Below are positions 1-15,238 of a DNA stretch of 64,000 nucleotides, in pieces; positions within the stretch are counted from its first letter, which is position 1, and each line of letters starts with the position of its first letter. Source of the stretch: Thermaceae bacterium. GTDB lineage: Bacteria; Deinococcota; Deinococci; Deinococcales; Marinithermaceae. The DNA is taken from assembly GCA_027061845.1 (NCBI GenBank), contig JAMOVS010000002.1, forward strand, positions 5,690-69,689, in the 5' to 3' direction. The translations under genes and the position numbers were made by a program. The notes below the pieces were generated by a model. That model ran no database searches, was not told the DNA's origin, and saw only the letters and a program-made list of their open reading frames with translations.

Positions 1-2185
<2,185 letters not shown>

Positions 2186-2186
<1 letters not shown>

Positions 2187-3478
2187 TGGCGCGTCCGGCC
2201 CGTTTCGTCTGCGTCGAGTGCGGCTACCGCACCGCCAAGCCCCTGGGCCGCTGCCCCTCCTGCGGCGCCTGGGGGAGCTTCAAGGAGGAGGTGCCGGAAG
2301 CCAAAAAAGCCGGTGCCCGGGCGGCGCCGGCCGAGGTGATCCCCCTAAAAGCGGTCTCCGAGGCCGCCGAGGAGCGAATCTCCACCGGGTTTTCCGAGGC
2401 CGACCGGGTGAGTGGGGGCGGCTTCGTCGCCGGCGAGGTGGTGCTCCTGGGCGGCGAGCCCGGGGTGGGGAAGAGCACGCTCCTTCTCGAGATCGCGGAC
2501 CGGCTGCTGGCCCGCGGCGAGCGGGTGCTCTACGTCGCCGGCGAGGAGTCGCCGGGGCAGATCAAGCAGCGGGCCCGCCGGCTCGGGGTGAACGAGGCGC
2601 TGGAGCTTGTGCGCGAGACCCGGCTCGAGCCGCTATTGGCGTTGCTCGAGGCCGAGCGGCCGCGGGCGGTCTTCGTCGACTCGATCCAGACGATCGAGGC
2701 CGAGGGCGCCCCGGGCTCGCTGGTGGCGGTGCGGAACGCCACCCAGGCCCTGACCCGCCTGGCCAAGGCCACCGGCAGCGTGGTGGTGCTGGTGGGCCAC
2801 GTCACCAAGGAGGGCACGGTGGCCGGCCCCAAGACGATCGAGCACGTGGTGGACGCGACCCTCTACCTCGAGACCGCCGGCCTCTTCCGGGTGCTGAGGA
2901 GTCAGAAGAACCGCTTCGGCCCGGTGGGGGAGGTGGGGGTCTTCCGCATGGAGGACCGGGGCCTGGTCGAGGTCAGGAATCCCTCCGAGGCCTTCCTCGC
3001 CGAGCGGCCGGTGGGGGTGCCGGGGAGCGTGGTGGGCATTGCCCTCGCCGGCGAGCGGCCGATGCTGCTCGAGGTGCAGGCGCTGGCCGCCCGCTCGCCG
3101 TATGCCGCCCCCAAGCGGGTGGTGCAGGGGCTCGACCCCCGGCGGGTGGACGTGGCGCTGGCGGTGGTGGAGCGGCGGCTGGGCCTGAAGCTGGGCCAGC
3201 TCGACGTCTACGTCAACCTGGCCGGGGGCATGCGGGTCGCCGACCCGGGGCTGGACCTGGCGGTGGTGCTGGCGGTCTACTCCGCGGTGGTGCAGCGCCC
3301 CCTGCCCGAGGACCTGGCGGTGGTGGGCGAGGTGGGGCTTGCCGGCGAGGTGCGCAGCGTGCCCGCCCTGGAGCGAAGGCTACTCGAGGCCGAGCGGGCC
3401 GGGTTTACCCGGGTGCTGGCGCCCGGCCGGCTCGGCAGCGTCGAGGACGCGGTGCAAAAGGCGCGGGTTTCCCGTTAG
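2186..3478 (+). CDS. radA: DNA repair protein RadA/Sms
   Basis: N-terminal zinc ribbon [21 protein letters not shown], Walker [16 protein letters not shown] motif, and a C-terminal Lon-like domain. The GTG start overlaps the clpC stop (TAGTG). Confidence 0.93.
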
Positions 3479-3487
3479 GCTTGGGGT

Positions 3488-4468
3488 ATGCGGAACGCGG
3501 TCCAGGCGGCAACCGTACTCCTTCTCGGCTACCTCGGTTATCGCCTGGGGCTTTGGCTCAGCTCGGCCTACCAGGCCTCCACCCTCAACATCGTCTACCT
3601 CACGCTGGTCGGCGTGCTCACCGGGATTCTGCTGGGGCCCCGGCTGGCCCACCTGGCCGAGCGACTGCTGGCCGCCTGGCGGCGGGTGCCGCCCGAGGTG
3701 CCGCTGGCGATCGCCACCGGGAGCCTGGTGGCGCTCTTGGCGGCGGTGCTGCTCACCACCCTTCTGGACCAGATCCCCGGGTTTCGCTGGTACCACTCGC
3801 TTTTGCTGGCGCTTTTCCTGATCGTCGTCTTCTCCGCGGTCACGCTGGCGAACCGCCACCTCTTCACCCGGGCGGTGCCCCAGGCCTCGCCCAAGGGGGG
3901 CAAGCTGCTCGACACCTCGGCGCTGATCGACGGGCGGGTGGCGGAGGTGGTGGAGCTCGGGTTCCTGGACGGGCCGGTCTACGTGCCGGACTTCGTCTTG
4001 AAGGAGCTGCAAGGACTTGCGGACAGCAACGACGCCCTCTCCCGGGCCAAGGGGCGGCGGGGGCTCGAGACCCTGGCCCGGCTCGGGGAGTTCGAGGTGC
4101 GGGTGCTGGATACCGGTCTTTCCGGCGAGGTGGACGACGCCCTCCTCCGGGTCGCCCGGGAGCGGGGAATGGCGATCGTCTCCAACGACTCGGCGCTGCT
4201 CTCGCTGGCCAAGGTCTACGGCGTCCCCGGGCTCTCGATCCACGCCCTGGCCCACGCGCTCAAGGCGCCCTACCAGCCGGGGCAGGCGATCCGGGTCAAG
4301 ATCCAAAAGCTGGGCAAGGAGCCGGGCCAGGGGGTGGGCTACCTCGAGGACGGCACCATGGTGGTGGTCGAGCGGGCGGCCGAGGACCGCGGCGCCTGGG
4401 TCGAGGCGGTGGTCACCCAGGTGATCCAGACCCCGCTCGGTAAGATGGTCTTCGCCCGCAAGCGCTAG
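3488..4468 (+). CDS. Membrane-anchored PIN/TRAM domain protein (YacL-like)
   Basis: 326-aa ORF with N-terminal hydrophobic helices, a PIN-like core (KLLDTSALIDGR ... IVSNDSAL) and a C-terminal TRAM-like segment (GQAIRVKIQKLGKEPGQGVGYLEDGTMVVVE). Its position after radA matches the usual synteny. Confidence 0.8.
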   Translation: MRNAVQAATVLLLGYLGYRLGLWLSSAYQASTLNIVYLTLVGVLTGILLGPRLAHLAERLLAAWRRVPPEVPLAIATGSLVALLAAVLLTTLLDQIPGFRWYHSLLLALFLIVVFSAVTLANRHLFTRAVPQASPKGGKLLDTSALIDGRVAEVVELGFLDGPVYVPDFVLKELQGLADSNDALSRAKGRRGLETLARLGEFEVRVLDTGLSGEVDDALLRVARERGMAIVSNDSALLSLAKVYGVPGLSIHALAHALKAPYQPGQAIRVKIQKLGKEPGQGVGYLEDGTMVVVERAAEDRGAWVEAVVTQVIQTPLGKMVFARKR

Positions 4469-4473
4469 GGGCA

Positions 4474-4499
4474 TTGGGCCCCGCCCTGGGCGGTATAAT
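4474..4499 (+). promoter_or_regulatory. Putative sucCD promoter
   Basis: Perfect TATAAT at 4494-4499 and a weak -35-like TTGGGC at 4474-4479, but the spacer is only 14 nt. SD AAAGGAGGTG lies at 4511-4520, ahead of the TTG start at 4525. Confidence 0.35.
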
Positions 4500-4524
4500 C
4501 CGCTGCGGCTAAAGGAGGTGGGCG

Positions 4525-5657
4525 TTGAAGCTCCACGAGTATCAAGCCAAGGAGATCCTAGCCAAATACGGGATCCCGGTTCCCCCGGGCAAGGTGGCCT
4601 TTACCCCGGAAGAGGCCCGCGAGATTGCCCGGGAGGTCGGCAAGACGGTGGTGATCAAGGCGCAGGTGCACGTCGGCGGCCGGGGCAAGGCGGGCGGCGT
4701 CAAGCTGGCCAAGACCCCCGCCGAGGCCGAGGAGGTGGCCAAGAAGATCCTCGGCATGAACATCAAGGGCCTGACGGTCAAGAAGGTCCTGGTGGCCGAG
4801 GCCGCCGACATCGCCAAGGAGTACTACGCCGGGCTGATCCTGGACCGCTCCTCCCAGCGGGTGGTGATGATGGTGAGCCGCGAGGGGGGCGTGGACATCG
4901 AGGAGGTGGCCCGGGAGAACCCCGAGGCGATCGTCAAGTACCCGATCGACCCCCACAAGGGCCTGCGCCCCTTCGAGGCGCGGCAGATCGTCATCGACGC
5001 CGGCCTCGAGGGCAACCTGAACAAGCTCGCCGACGTCCTGGTCAAGCTCTACAAGGCCTACGTCGGGGTGGACGCCTTCCTGGCCGAGATCAACCCCCTG
5101 GTGGTGACCAAGGACGGCGAGATCGTCGCGGTCGACGCCAAGATCGACCTCGACGACAACGCGCTCTTCCGTCACCCCGACCTGGCCAAGCTGCGTGAGG
5201 TCGAGGCCGAGCACCCCCTCGAGCTCGAGGCCCAGAACTACGGCTTCGCCTACGTCAAGCTGGACGGGAACATCGGCATCCTGGGGAACGGCGCCGGCCT
5301 GGTGATGTACACCCTGGACCTGGTCAACCGGGTCGGCGGCAAGCCGGCGAACTTCCTCGACATCGGCGGCGGGGCCAAGGCCGACGTGGTCTACAACGCC
5401 CTCAAGCTCCTCTCCAAGGACCCCGACGTCAAGGGGATCTTCATCAACATCTTCGGCGGCATCACCCGCGCCGACGAGGTGGCCAAGGGCGTGATCAAGG
5501 CGCTGGAAGAGGGAATCGTCAAGGTGCCGATCGTGATGCGGGTGGCCGGCACCGCCGAGGAGGAGGCGAAGAAGCTCCTCGAGGGCAAGCCGGTCTACAT
5601 GTACCCGACCTCGATCGAGGCCGCGAAGGCGATCGTCGCCATGGTGGAGGGGAAGAA

Positions 5658-5661
<4 letters not shown>
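4525..5661 (+). CDS. sucC: Succinyl-CoA synthetase beta subunit
   Basis: [21 protein letters not shown]-terminus, an ATP-grasp fold and the C-terminal ligase-CoA domain. The TTG start follows a strong SD, and there is an ATGA overlap with sucD. Confidence 0.95.
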
Positions 5662-6524
<863 letters not shown>

Positions 6525-6541
6525 CCCGAAGGGGATAAGAA

Positions 6542-6574
6542 GGGGGCGGCTTAAGCCGCCCCCTCGTTGTTTTC
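6542..6574. terminator. Bidirectional rho-independent terminator between convergent sucD and the M48 peptidase gene
   Basis: Perfect 9-bp stem GGGGGCGGC(6542-6550)/GCCGCCCCC(6555-6563) with a TTAA loop. It is followed by TCGTTGTTTTCC on the + strand and TTCTTATCC on the - strand. The stem covers the last codons of the M48 gene. Confidence 0.6.
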
Positions 6575-7653
6575 CTCGAGGGCCTTTTTCAGCGCCTGGT
6601 AGCGGTGTTTGATCGAGGGATGGTCGTGCAGGAGCGTCTCGATCCAGGCGGGTGGATCGGGGTCGCCGAAGTTCTGCCGGGAGAGGACCAGAAAGCTCCG
6701 CTCGAAGGCCTCGAGGTCGGGGACCAGGCGGATGGCGAAGCGATCGGCGGCGTATTCCTGGGTCCGTACCAGGTGGTTCATCGCCAGTTTTCCGAAAACA
6801 AAGGCAAGCTGGGTGCCCAGGTAGAAGAGGGGAAAGCGCGCCAGCGCCGGCGTCCCGACCAGGACGTAGCCGGCGAGCAGGGCGACGTAGAGCAAGACCG
6901 CGAAGGCGAAGAGTCCCCGTAAGGTGTCCCGGTGCTTGACGTGCCCCAGCTCGTGGGCCACCACGAAGGCGAGGGCCTCGGTGTCGAGTTCCTCGAGCAG
7001 GGTGTCGGTAAAGACCACCTCGTGGCCGCCGACCTTGGGAATGACGGCGGCGTTCCCCCGGCTCGTCTTCTCCCCGGCCCGGAGGCGGTAGACGCCGCGA
7101 AAGGGGACCCCGGCGCGCTCGAAGAGCTTTTGGATGCGGGCGGCGAGGGCTTCGTCCTCGAGCGGCTCGGCCTTGAACTCGAGGCGCAGGAAGAACGGCT
7201 GGAGGGCGTAGAGCAGCCCGGCGAAGGCGGCGACCAGGACCAGGAAGACGAGCGGCGCCGCCTCGGGCCAGGCCCGCATCACCGCGTAGGCCCCGCCAAA
7301 GAGCAGCGTCATCAAGGCCACGCTGACCGCGCTTTGCTTGAGCCAGTCGAGCAGCCAGCCGGAGAGCGACTGGCGGTTGGTGCCCAGCCGAAGCTCCACC
7401 CAGCGGGAAAAGTAGTTCAGGGGGAGGTTGAAAAGGCTCTGCCCCAGGAAGAAGACCAGGGTGTAAAGCCAGGGGTTTTCTCCGGTAAGCGCGGCGACCC
7501 GCGGACTAAGGGGGGTGAGCATCCAAAGGGCGACGTAGAGCAGCACGAAGACGATCTGCAGCGTCATCCCCAGGACCTGCATTCGGGTTTGCCAGCGGGC
7601 CTTTTTGAGGCCCTCCTCGCCGAGGCTCGCGTAGATCCGCTCCAGGAACTCCA

Positions 7654-7657
<4 letters not shown>
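6551..7657 (-). CDS. M48 family zinc metallopeptidase (Ste24/HtpX-like), membrane protein
   Basis: HEXXH motif in VVAHELGHVKHRD and several N-terminal hydrophobic helices. The start is GTG at 7657 or ATG at 7654, overlapping the stop of the upstream S9 peptidase gene. Confidence 0.85.
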
Positions 7658-9474
<1,817 letters not shown>

Positions 9475-9502
9475 ACCCCAGTTTACGCCTAAGATTTTTC
9501 GC

Positions 9503-11311
9503 GTGCGGGAAGGCGCCCTGGTGGCCTACAAGGGAAAGCCGGCGGTGGTCGAGCGCTCCGGGGATCGGCTCTGGATCCGCACCGAGGCGGGGGTGAAGAA
9601 GGTCCGGGAAAAGGACGTGGTGCTCTTGCACCCGGGCCCGGCCTCGCTGCCGCTTCCCGAAGTCCCGCCCCCCGACCTCGCCGAGGCCTACGCGCTTTTG
9701 AAGGACGAGGGGGCACTCTCGTTCGCCGAGCTGCTTGAGCTCCTTTATCCCGAGCCCGGCCCCGCCGAGGCCTTTGCGCTTTACCGGGCCCTCAAGGAGA
9801 CGCCCTACTTCGCGCCCGAGGGGGACGCCTGGCGGCCGCGGCCCGAAGCCGAGGTCCAGCGGCTGCTTCAAGAAAGGGCCGAGAAGGAGGCGGAGAAGGC
9901 CCGCTTTGAGGCGGCGCTCCGGCGCTTTCGCCAGGGGCGCTTTGCCGAGGAGGACCGGCCTCTGCTCGCCGAGGTCGAGGCGCTGGCGCTGGGCCGGGCG
10001 AAGGGCTCGCGGGTGCTGCGGGCGCTCGGCCAGAAGGAGACCCCCGAGGAGGCCCACGCCTTCTTGCTCCGGCTCGGCTACTGGACCCCCTTGGTAAACC
10101 CCTACCCGGCCCGCTTTCGGGTGCCCACCGAGCCGCCCGAGGTTCCCTGGGGCGCGCCCGACGACGAGGGCCGGGTGGACCTCACCGAGCTTCCCGCCTT
10201 CGCCATCGACGACGACCCCGCCTCGGCCGACGCCGACGACGCCCTCTCCTTGAAAGATGGCGAGGTCTTCGTGCACGTCGCCGACGTCGCCGCCTGGGTA
10301 GCGCCGGATACGCCGGCGGACCGGGCGGCGCGGGAGCGGGGCAGTGCGCTTTACCTGCCCGAGCGGGTGGTGCCGATGCTCCCCGAGGGGCTCTTGGCCG
10401 AGGCCGCCCTCGGCCGCGGTGAAAAAAGCCGCGCCCTCACCTTCGCCTTCCGGCTGGAAGGGGGCGAGCCCAAGGCGGTGCGGGTCTTCCCCTCCTGGGT
10501 GCGGGTCGAGCGGCTTTCCTACCGGGAGGCGGAGGACCGGCTGGCCGAGCCGCCCTTTGCCGGGCTTCTCCGGCTCGCCGAGGCCTTTCACCAAAGGCGG
10601 CTGGCCGCCGGTGCCCTGGACCTCTCGCTTCCCGAGGTCAAGGTGCGGCTCAAGGACGGCGAGGTCGAGATCACGCCGCTACCCCCCTACCGCTCGCGCT
10701 TTCTGGTGCGGGAGCTGATGCTCTCGGCGGGGGAGGCGGCGGCCCGCTTCGCCCGTGCGCGGGGCGTCCCCGTGCCCTATTCCACCCAGGAGAAGAGGCC
10801 GCTTCCCGAGAGCCTTCCCGAGGAGCCGATTGCGAGAAGCTTCGCGCTTATAAAGGCGCTTTCCCGCACCACCTACAAAGGCGCCCCGCTTCCCCACGCC
10901 GGGCTCGGGCTTTCGGCCTACGTGCAGGCGACCAGTCCCTTGAGGCGTTTTTTGGACCTCGCGGTGCACCAGCAGCTCCGGGCGGCGATTCGAGGGCGAA
11001 TGCTGCTGGGACCCGGGGAGGTGCTCCTCCGGGTCGGCGAGGCGGAGGCGGTGGCCGACGCGGTGCGCGGCGCCGAGCGGGCCTCGCGGACCCACTTCAA
11101 GCTGGTCTGGCTCCTTGCCCACCCCGACTACCAGGGCGAGGGGGTGGTGGTCGAGCTCCGGGGGGGACGGGCGCGGGTCTTCCTCCCCGAGCTCGCCCTC
11201 GAGGCCCCCCTGGCCGCCAGCGGGGGGGAGAGGCCGGGGATGCCGGTCGGCCTCCGCCTGCTCGAGGTCAACCTTCCCCGTCTTCAAGCTCGCTTTGCCA
11301 GAGCGCCTTGA
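9503..11311 (+). CDS. RNB-domain 3'-5' exoribonuclease (RNase II/R family)
   Basis: RNB catalytic core (AFAIDDDPASADADDALSL ... TSPLRRFLDLAVHQQL). I prefer the GTG at 9503: the ORF-track TTG at 9398 would add an implausible N-terminus and overlap the divergent S9 gene by 77 nt. Confidence 0.8.
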   Translation: MREGALVAYKGKPAVVERSGDRLWIRTEAGVKKVREKDVVLLHPGPASLPLPEVPPPDLAEAYALLKDEGALSFAELLELLYPEPGPAEAFALYRALKETPYFAPEGDAWRPRPEAEVQRLLQERAEKEAEKARFEAALRRFRQGRFAEEDRPLLAEVEALALGRAKGSRVLRALGQKETPEEAHAFLLRLGYWTPLVNPYPARFRVPTEPPEVPWGAPDDEGRVDLTELPAFAIDDDPASADADDALSLKDGEVFVHVADVAAWVAPDTPADRAARERGSALYLPERVVPMLPEGLLAEAALGRGEKSRALTFAFRLEGGEPKAVRVFPSWVRVERLSYREAEDRLAEPPFAGLLRLAEAFHQRRLAAGALDLSLPEVKVRLKDGEVEITPLPPYRSRFLVRELMLSAGEAAARFARARGVPVPYSTQEKRPLPESLPEEPIARSFALIKALSRTTYKGAPLPHAGLGLSAYVQATSPLRRFLDLAVHQQLRAAIRGRMLLGPGEVLLRVGEAEAVADAVRGAERASRTHFKLVWLLAHPDYQGEGVVVELRGGRARVFLPELALEAPLAASGGERPGMPVGLRLLEVNLPRLQARFARAP

Positions 11312-12845
11312 GGCGGTGGCGCTGGACCTTCCCGGTGGCGGTGACGGGCAGGGCCTCGAGGTAGCGCAGCTCGCTGGGGACCGCGTGCGCCCCCACCCGC
11401 TGCCGCACCCGCTCCTTGAGCTCCGCGTCCCGGCCGGGTTCGCCCACCACGAAGGCCACGATCCGCTGACCCCGCTCGGGGTCGGGAACCCCGATTACCG
11501 CCACCTGCTCCACCCCGGGGTGGGAGAGGATCGCGGCCTCGACCTCGGCGGGACCGATGCGGTAGCCGGCCACCTTGATCAGGTCGTCCTTGCGGGCGAC
11601 GTACCAGAAGTAGCCGTCCCGGTCGCGCCGGGCCAGGTCGCCGGTGAGCAGCCAGCGGCCGCGGAACTTGGCCCGGGTCCGCTCCGGGTCCCGCTCGTAG
11701 CCCAGAAAGGCCACCGGGTCCGGGGTCCGCAGGGCGACCTCGCCCACCTCCCCGGGAGGGAGCGGCTGCCCCTCTCCGTCGATGACCTCGACCCGGTGGC
11801 CGGGGTAGGGGAGGCCCATGGAGCCGGGCTTCAAGGGGTCGACGAGGTGGCTCTGGCCAACCAGGAGGTTGGCCTCGGTCTGGCCGTAGAACTCGTTGAC
11901 CGGCTGACCCAGGTTCTCCCGGGACCACTCGATCAGCGCCTCGGCCAGGGGCTCGCCGCCAGCGTGCACGCTCTCGAGCGTAAGCGGCCGGGAGAGGCGC
12001 CCGAGCGCCCGCAACCGCTTCAACGCGGTGGGGAAGAGGAAGCTATGGCTGACCCGAAAGCGCCGCATCAGCCAGAGCGCCTCCTCGGGGTCGAACCGGG
12101 GCTTGCGGTGGGCGATGACGGTGAAGCCGTAGTGCCAGGCCGGCAGCAGCACGTCCAGCAGACCGCCGGCCCAGGCCCACTCCGCCGGCGACCAGTAGAC
12201 CTTGGGGCGGCCCGGCTCGGGGAAGTTGGAGTAGAGGTAGAAGCCGGGAAGGTGCCCCAGGAGCACCCGGTGGGGGAGCAGGGCCCCCTTGGGCGGGCCG
12301 GTGGTGCCCGAGGTGTAGAGCAGGATGGCGGGGTCCTCGGCCGCCGTGGGCTGGATCGGGAGCGGCCGGGCGGCCTCGGCGAGGGGGAGGAGCCGATCGG
12401 CGGGCAGGAGGGAGAGCCCCTCCGGGGCCGCCCCCGGCCGGGCCTCCAGCAGCTGGGGGTCGGCCACCAGCAGCCGGGCCCGGGCGTGCTCGAGCCGGTA
12501 GCGGATCGCCTCCGAGCCCAGCACCGGGGCGATCGGCACCGCCACCAGCCCGGCGCGGTAGATCGCGTGGTGAATCAGCGCCGTTTCCAGCCGCTGTCCC
12601 AGCAGGATGCCCACCCGCTCCCCGGGCGCCAGCCGTTCCCGGAGCACCGAGGCCAGCCGGGCGGCGAGCTCGTGGGCCTGCCGGAAGCTTACCCGGCGGC
12701 CCTCGGGTTCGATCAGGGCCGGGCGGTCGGGGAAGTCGCGGGCGGATTGGGCCAGCCCCTGGGCCAGGTTGAACCGCTCCGGCACCCGCCAGCGGAAGCT
12801 TCGCGCAAGCTCCCGGCGGGGCCGCCGGGGAAGGTGGATGCGCAC
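11268..12845 (-). CDS. AMP-dependent acyl-CoA synthetase/ligase
   Basis: AMP-binding signature LLYTSGTTGPPKGALL and GDLARRDRDGYFWYVARKDDLIKVAGYRIGPAEVE. GTG start. The 3' end overlaps the convergent RNB gene by 44 nt. Confidence 0.85.
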   Translation of the reverse strand: MRIHLPRRPRRELARSFRWRVPERFNLAQGLAQSARDFPDRPALIEPEGRRVSFRQAHELAARLASVLRERLAPGERVGILLGQRLETALIHHAIYRAGLVAVPIAPVLGSEAIRYRLEHARARLLVADPQLLEARPGAAPEGLSLLPADRLLPLAEAARPLPIQPTAAEDPAILLYTSGTTGPPKGALLPHRVLLGHLPGFYLYSNFPEPGRPKVYWSPAEWAWAGGLLDVLLPAWHYGFTVIAHRKPRFDPEEALWLMRRFRVSHSFLFPTALKRLRALGRLSRPLTLESVHAGGEPLAEALIEWSRENLGQPVNEFYGQTEANLLVGQSHLVDPLKPGSMGLPYPGHRVEVIDGEGQPLPPGEVGEVALRTPDPVAFLGYERDPERTRAKFRGRWLLTGDLARRDRDGYFWYVARKDDLIKVAGYRIGPAEVEAAILSHPGVEQVAVIGVPDPERGQRIVAFVVGEPGRDAELKERVRQRVGAHAVPSELRYLEALPVTATGKVQRHRLKALWQSELEDGEG

Positions 12846-12862
12846 GCCCCCATTATGCCGGG

Positions 12863-15238
12863 CTAGGGGAGGAGGGCGATCCAGAACCCGGTGTCCGAGC
12901 GGTAGCCGAAGCGGAGTTCCGGGGTCAGGGGGAGGTAGTAGCGGTAGACGAAGTGGCCCCTGACCGAGAGCGCTGCCCCCCAGCCCAGGTGGTGGACCGC
13001 GTCGTAGAGCAGGAGGGCTTTCGGCTCGAGGGTGAAGTGGGAGTAGTAGTAGAGGCCGTCCTCCCCGTAGTGGTCGAAAACGAGCGACTTTTTAAGCCCC
13101 ACCCAGGCCAGCCCCGACACGCCCGGGACGAACCAGGGGTCCATGCGGTTTTGGCCGACCTCGAGCCCGGCGTCAAGCCCCGAGGGAAGAAGCGCCGAGA
13201 GCCGGAGCCGGCCGGAAAAGAGCCCCGAGTAGCCGGCCTCGAGCCTAAGGGCGAGCTCCTCGCTGGGCTCCCCCCAAAGGCGGTCGCGCCCCAGGCTTCG
13301 GCGCTGCCTTAGGTCCAGGGAGAACCCGGCCGCGGGGGCGTTATGGAGAATTCCCCCGCGGAGCGCAAAGCCCCCTTGGGTTCTCCCCATCAGGAAGCTT
13401 CGGTCGTACTGCACCGTCGCCGAGGTCTGGCCCAAGAGGTGGGAGAGGGAGACCGCGTAGTGCTCGGGGGCGAGCCCGAAGCGGGGGCGGTAGTCGACGG
13501 AGAAGGAAACCCCCGTATTCGTGAGGTCGGTCACCCCGGCGAAGAGCCACTGGATCTCGTCGGCGTCGTCGACGCCGAGGACGAGGGCGCCCAAGGGGGC
13601 CAGGGGAAGCCAGCCGGCGGGGGCGAGGGAGGGAAGGGGGGTATAGGCGTAGGTTTTCGGCTCGGCCTCGGAAAGCGGGGGCGCGGGAAGCGGAAGGGCG
13701 GCCTTGAAGTCCACGGGCTCGGGACTCGGGCGGCCCTCATCGAGCGCGAAGCCCTTGCGGGTGAGCACGGTGTAAAGGAGCGTTTCCCCCTTCGCCGCCG
13801 GGGCGAAGGCGCCGTAGGGGTGGGAAACGAGCTTTTCCACCGCGCCGGTTGCCGGGTCCAGGGCATAAAGCTCGTAGACCCCGCCGGCGTCGGAGGCGAA
13901 GACGAGCGTTTCCCGCCACCAGGCCAGGTCTTTCAAGATGCGGCCGGGGGCCTGGAGTTTTCGGGGCTCTTCCCCGAGCAAAAGCGGAAAGACCCGGCCC
14001 CGTTCCCAGACCAAGACCGCCAGGCCCGAATCGGAGGCGGCGACCCCGACCAGGTGCCGGCCTGGCCCGGCTTGGTGAAGGATCGTTTTCCGGCCCCCTT
14101 TGAGCGCCACCAGCCGCGAGCCCCCGGGGCCTTCCTCGACGTAGTAGATCGTGCCCCGGTGGGCGGCGGGGTAGTAGGCGTGGACCGCGCCCGGGACCTC
14201 TTTTTCCTGGCCGGTTTCCACGTCCAAGGTGAAAAGCCGCCGGACGTAGCCGCCCGCCCCGGTCGGCGCCAGGCGGTCGAAGACCAGGGTCTCTTCGTCG
14301 AGCCAGGCGAGCCGGCCTACGCTGCGGCCGAGGGGGTGGGGGAAGGTCTTTTTCCCCACCACGATCGCGTCTTCGTGGAGGTAGGCGAGCCGTTCCCCGA
14401 GGACCGCCGGAGAGCGGCCGGGCGGCCCTTTGGGGGGCGGGGGGGCCTGGACCCTCGGCCGGCTTTCCCAGAAGGCCCGCCACTCGGCCTCGAGGTCCGT
14501 CCCCGCCGCCTTTTTCCAGGCGTCGGCGTAGCCGTCCGGCAGGTAGAGGGAAAGGGGCATCGGGGTCCTCTGGTAGCGGGAGAAGCTCTCGAAGAGCGCC
14601 CCCTCCCCGTGGCGGCGGATCAGGAAGTCGACGAAGGCGACCCCGACGCGGTAGCGGAGGTCGCCGTAGGGGAAGCGGGGATAGAAGGCGACGCCGGCCT
14701 CGGCCAGGCGCGGCGGGTCTTCCGCCAGGGCCCGGAGGAGCCCCTCGGTGTAGGCGTCGTGGAGCCGGCCCCCGCCCCCGCTCGACTCGAAGTAGGTGGC
14801 GATGCCCTCGGTGAGCCAGGCGGGGTAGGGGCGGGCGACGCCGTTCGGGATCAGCCCCAGGGGGTTCCTCGGGCCCTTTAGGTGCAGAAGGTGCACCAGC
14901 TCGTGGAGGACCAGGGTGTAGAGGGGGTCGGCGGTGTTCAAGAACGCGCCGTCGTAGTAGGGAAAGGCGGGGAAGAGGGTGGTCCCGGGGCGGGGGAAGA
15001 CGCTGGCGTAGCCGTTGTAGAAGTCGCTTTCCGGGTCGAGCCGGAGCACCAGGGGGCCCCCGGGCTTTTCGAAGGGCGGGGTGAGGGCCGCGAGGGCGGC
15101 CAGCGCCCGCCGGCCCACGGCCTCGGCCAGCGCCTCCTGGCCCGGCTGGTAGAGCACCCGCACGGCACCGTAGTCCGCCACCCGGTGGCCGAGGGCGGCG
15201 GTGAGGAACAGGAGCAGGAAGGCGAGAAGCCGCTTCAT
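12863..15238 (-). CDS. Secreted M1-like gluzincin domain / TolB-like beta-propeller / C-terminal beta-barrel-like protein (791 aa)
   Basis: Signal peptide [22 protein letters not shown] followed by [11 protein letters not shown] matches the M1/peptidase_MA gluzincin pattern. The middle region has PD40/TolB-like repeats. The last ~270 aa show an alternating hydrophobic pattern. The ATG at 15238 overlaps the ftsK stop (ATGA). The 1357-aa ORF-track entry is this gene plus out-of-frame read-through across ftsK. Confidence 0.75.
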   Translation of the reverse strand: MKRLLAFLLLFLTAALGHRVADYGAVRVLYQPGQEALAEAVGRRALAALAALTPPFEKPGGPLVLRLDPESDFYNGYASVFPRPGTTLFPAFPYYDGAFLNTADPLYTLVLHELVHLLHLKGPRNPLGLIPNGVARPYPAWLTEGIATYFESSGGGGRLHDAYTEGLLRALAEDPPRLAEAGVAFYPRFPYGDLRYRVGVAFVDFLIRRHGEGALFESFSRYQRTPMPLSLYLPDGYADAWKKAAGTDLEAEWRAFWESRPRVQAPPPPKGPPGRSPAVLGERLAYLHEDAIVVGKKTFPHPLGRSVGRLAWLDEETLVFDRLAPTGAGGYVRRLFTLDVETGQEKEVPGAVHAYYPAAHRGTIYYVEEGPGGSRLVALKGGRKTILHQAGPGRHLVGVAASDSGLAVLVWERGRVFPLLLGEEPRKLQAPGRILKDLAWWRETLVFASDAGGVYELYALDPATGAVEKLVSHPYGAFAPAAKGETLLYTVLTRKGFALDEGRPSPEPVDFKAALPLPAPPLSEAEPKTYAYTPLPSLAPAGWLPLAPLGALVLGVDDADEIQWLFAGVTDLTNTGVSFSVDYRPRFGLAPEHYAVSLSHLLGQTSATVQYDRSFLMGRTQGGFALRGGILHNAPAAGFSLDLRQRRSLGRDRLWGEPSEELALRLEAGYSGLFSGRLRLSALLPSGLDAGLEVGQNRMDPWFVPGVSGLAWVGLKKSLVFDHYGEDGLYYYSHFTLEPKALLLYDAVHHLGWGAALSVRGHFVYRYYLPLTPELRFGYRSDTGFWIALLP

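Noticed and set aside
2218-4443. Very long alternative-frame ORFs. Examples: 2218..4443 + (741 aa), 7910..10594 - (894 aa), 11115..12866 + (583 aa), 28342..29988 -, 30180..31874 -, 40881..43580 + (899 aa), 45833..48286 + (817 aa), 56742..58892 - (716 aa).
   Set aside because: All are Arg/Gly/Pro/Ala-rich low-complexity translations that lie entirely over genes with unmistakable conserved motifs in another frame or strand. In DNA this GC-rich, stop codons are rare off-frame, so such ORFs are expected artefacts.
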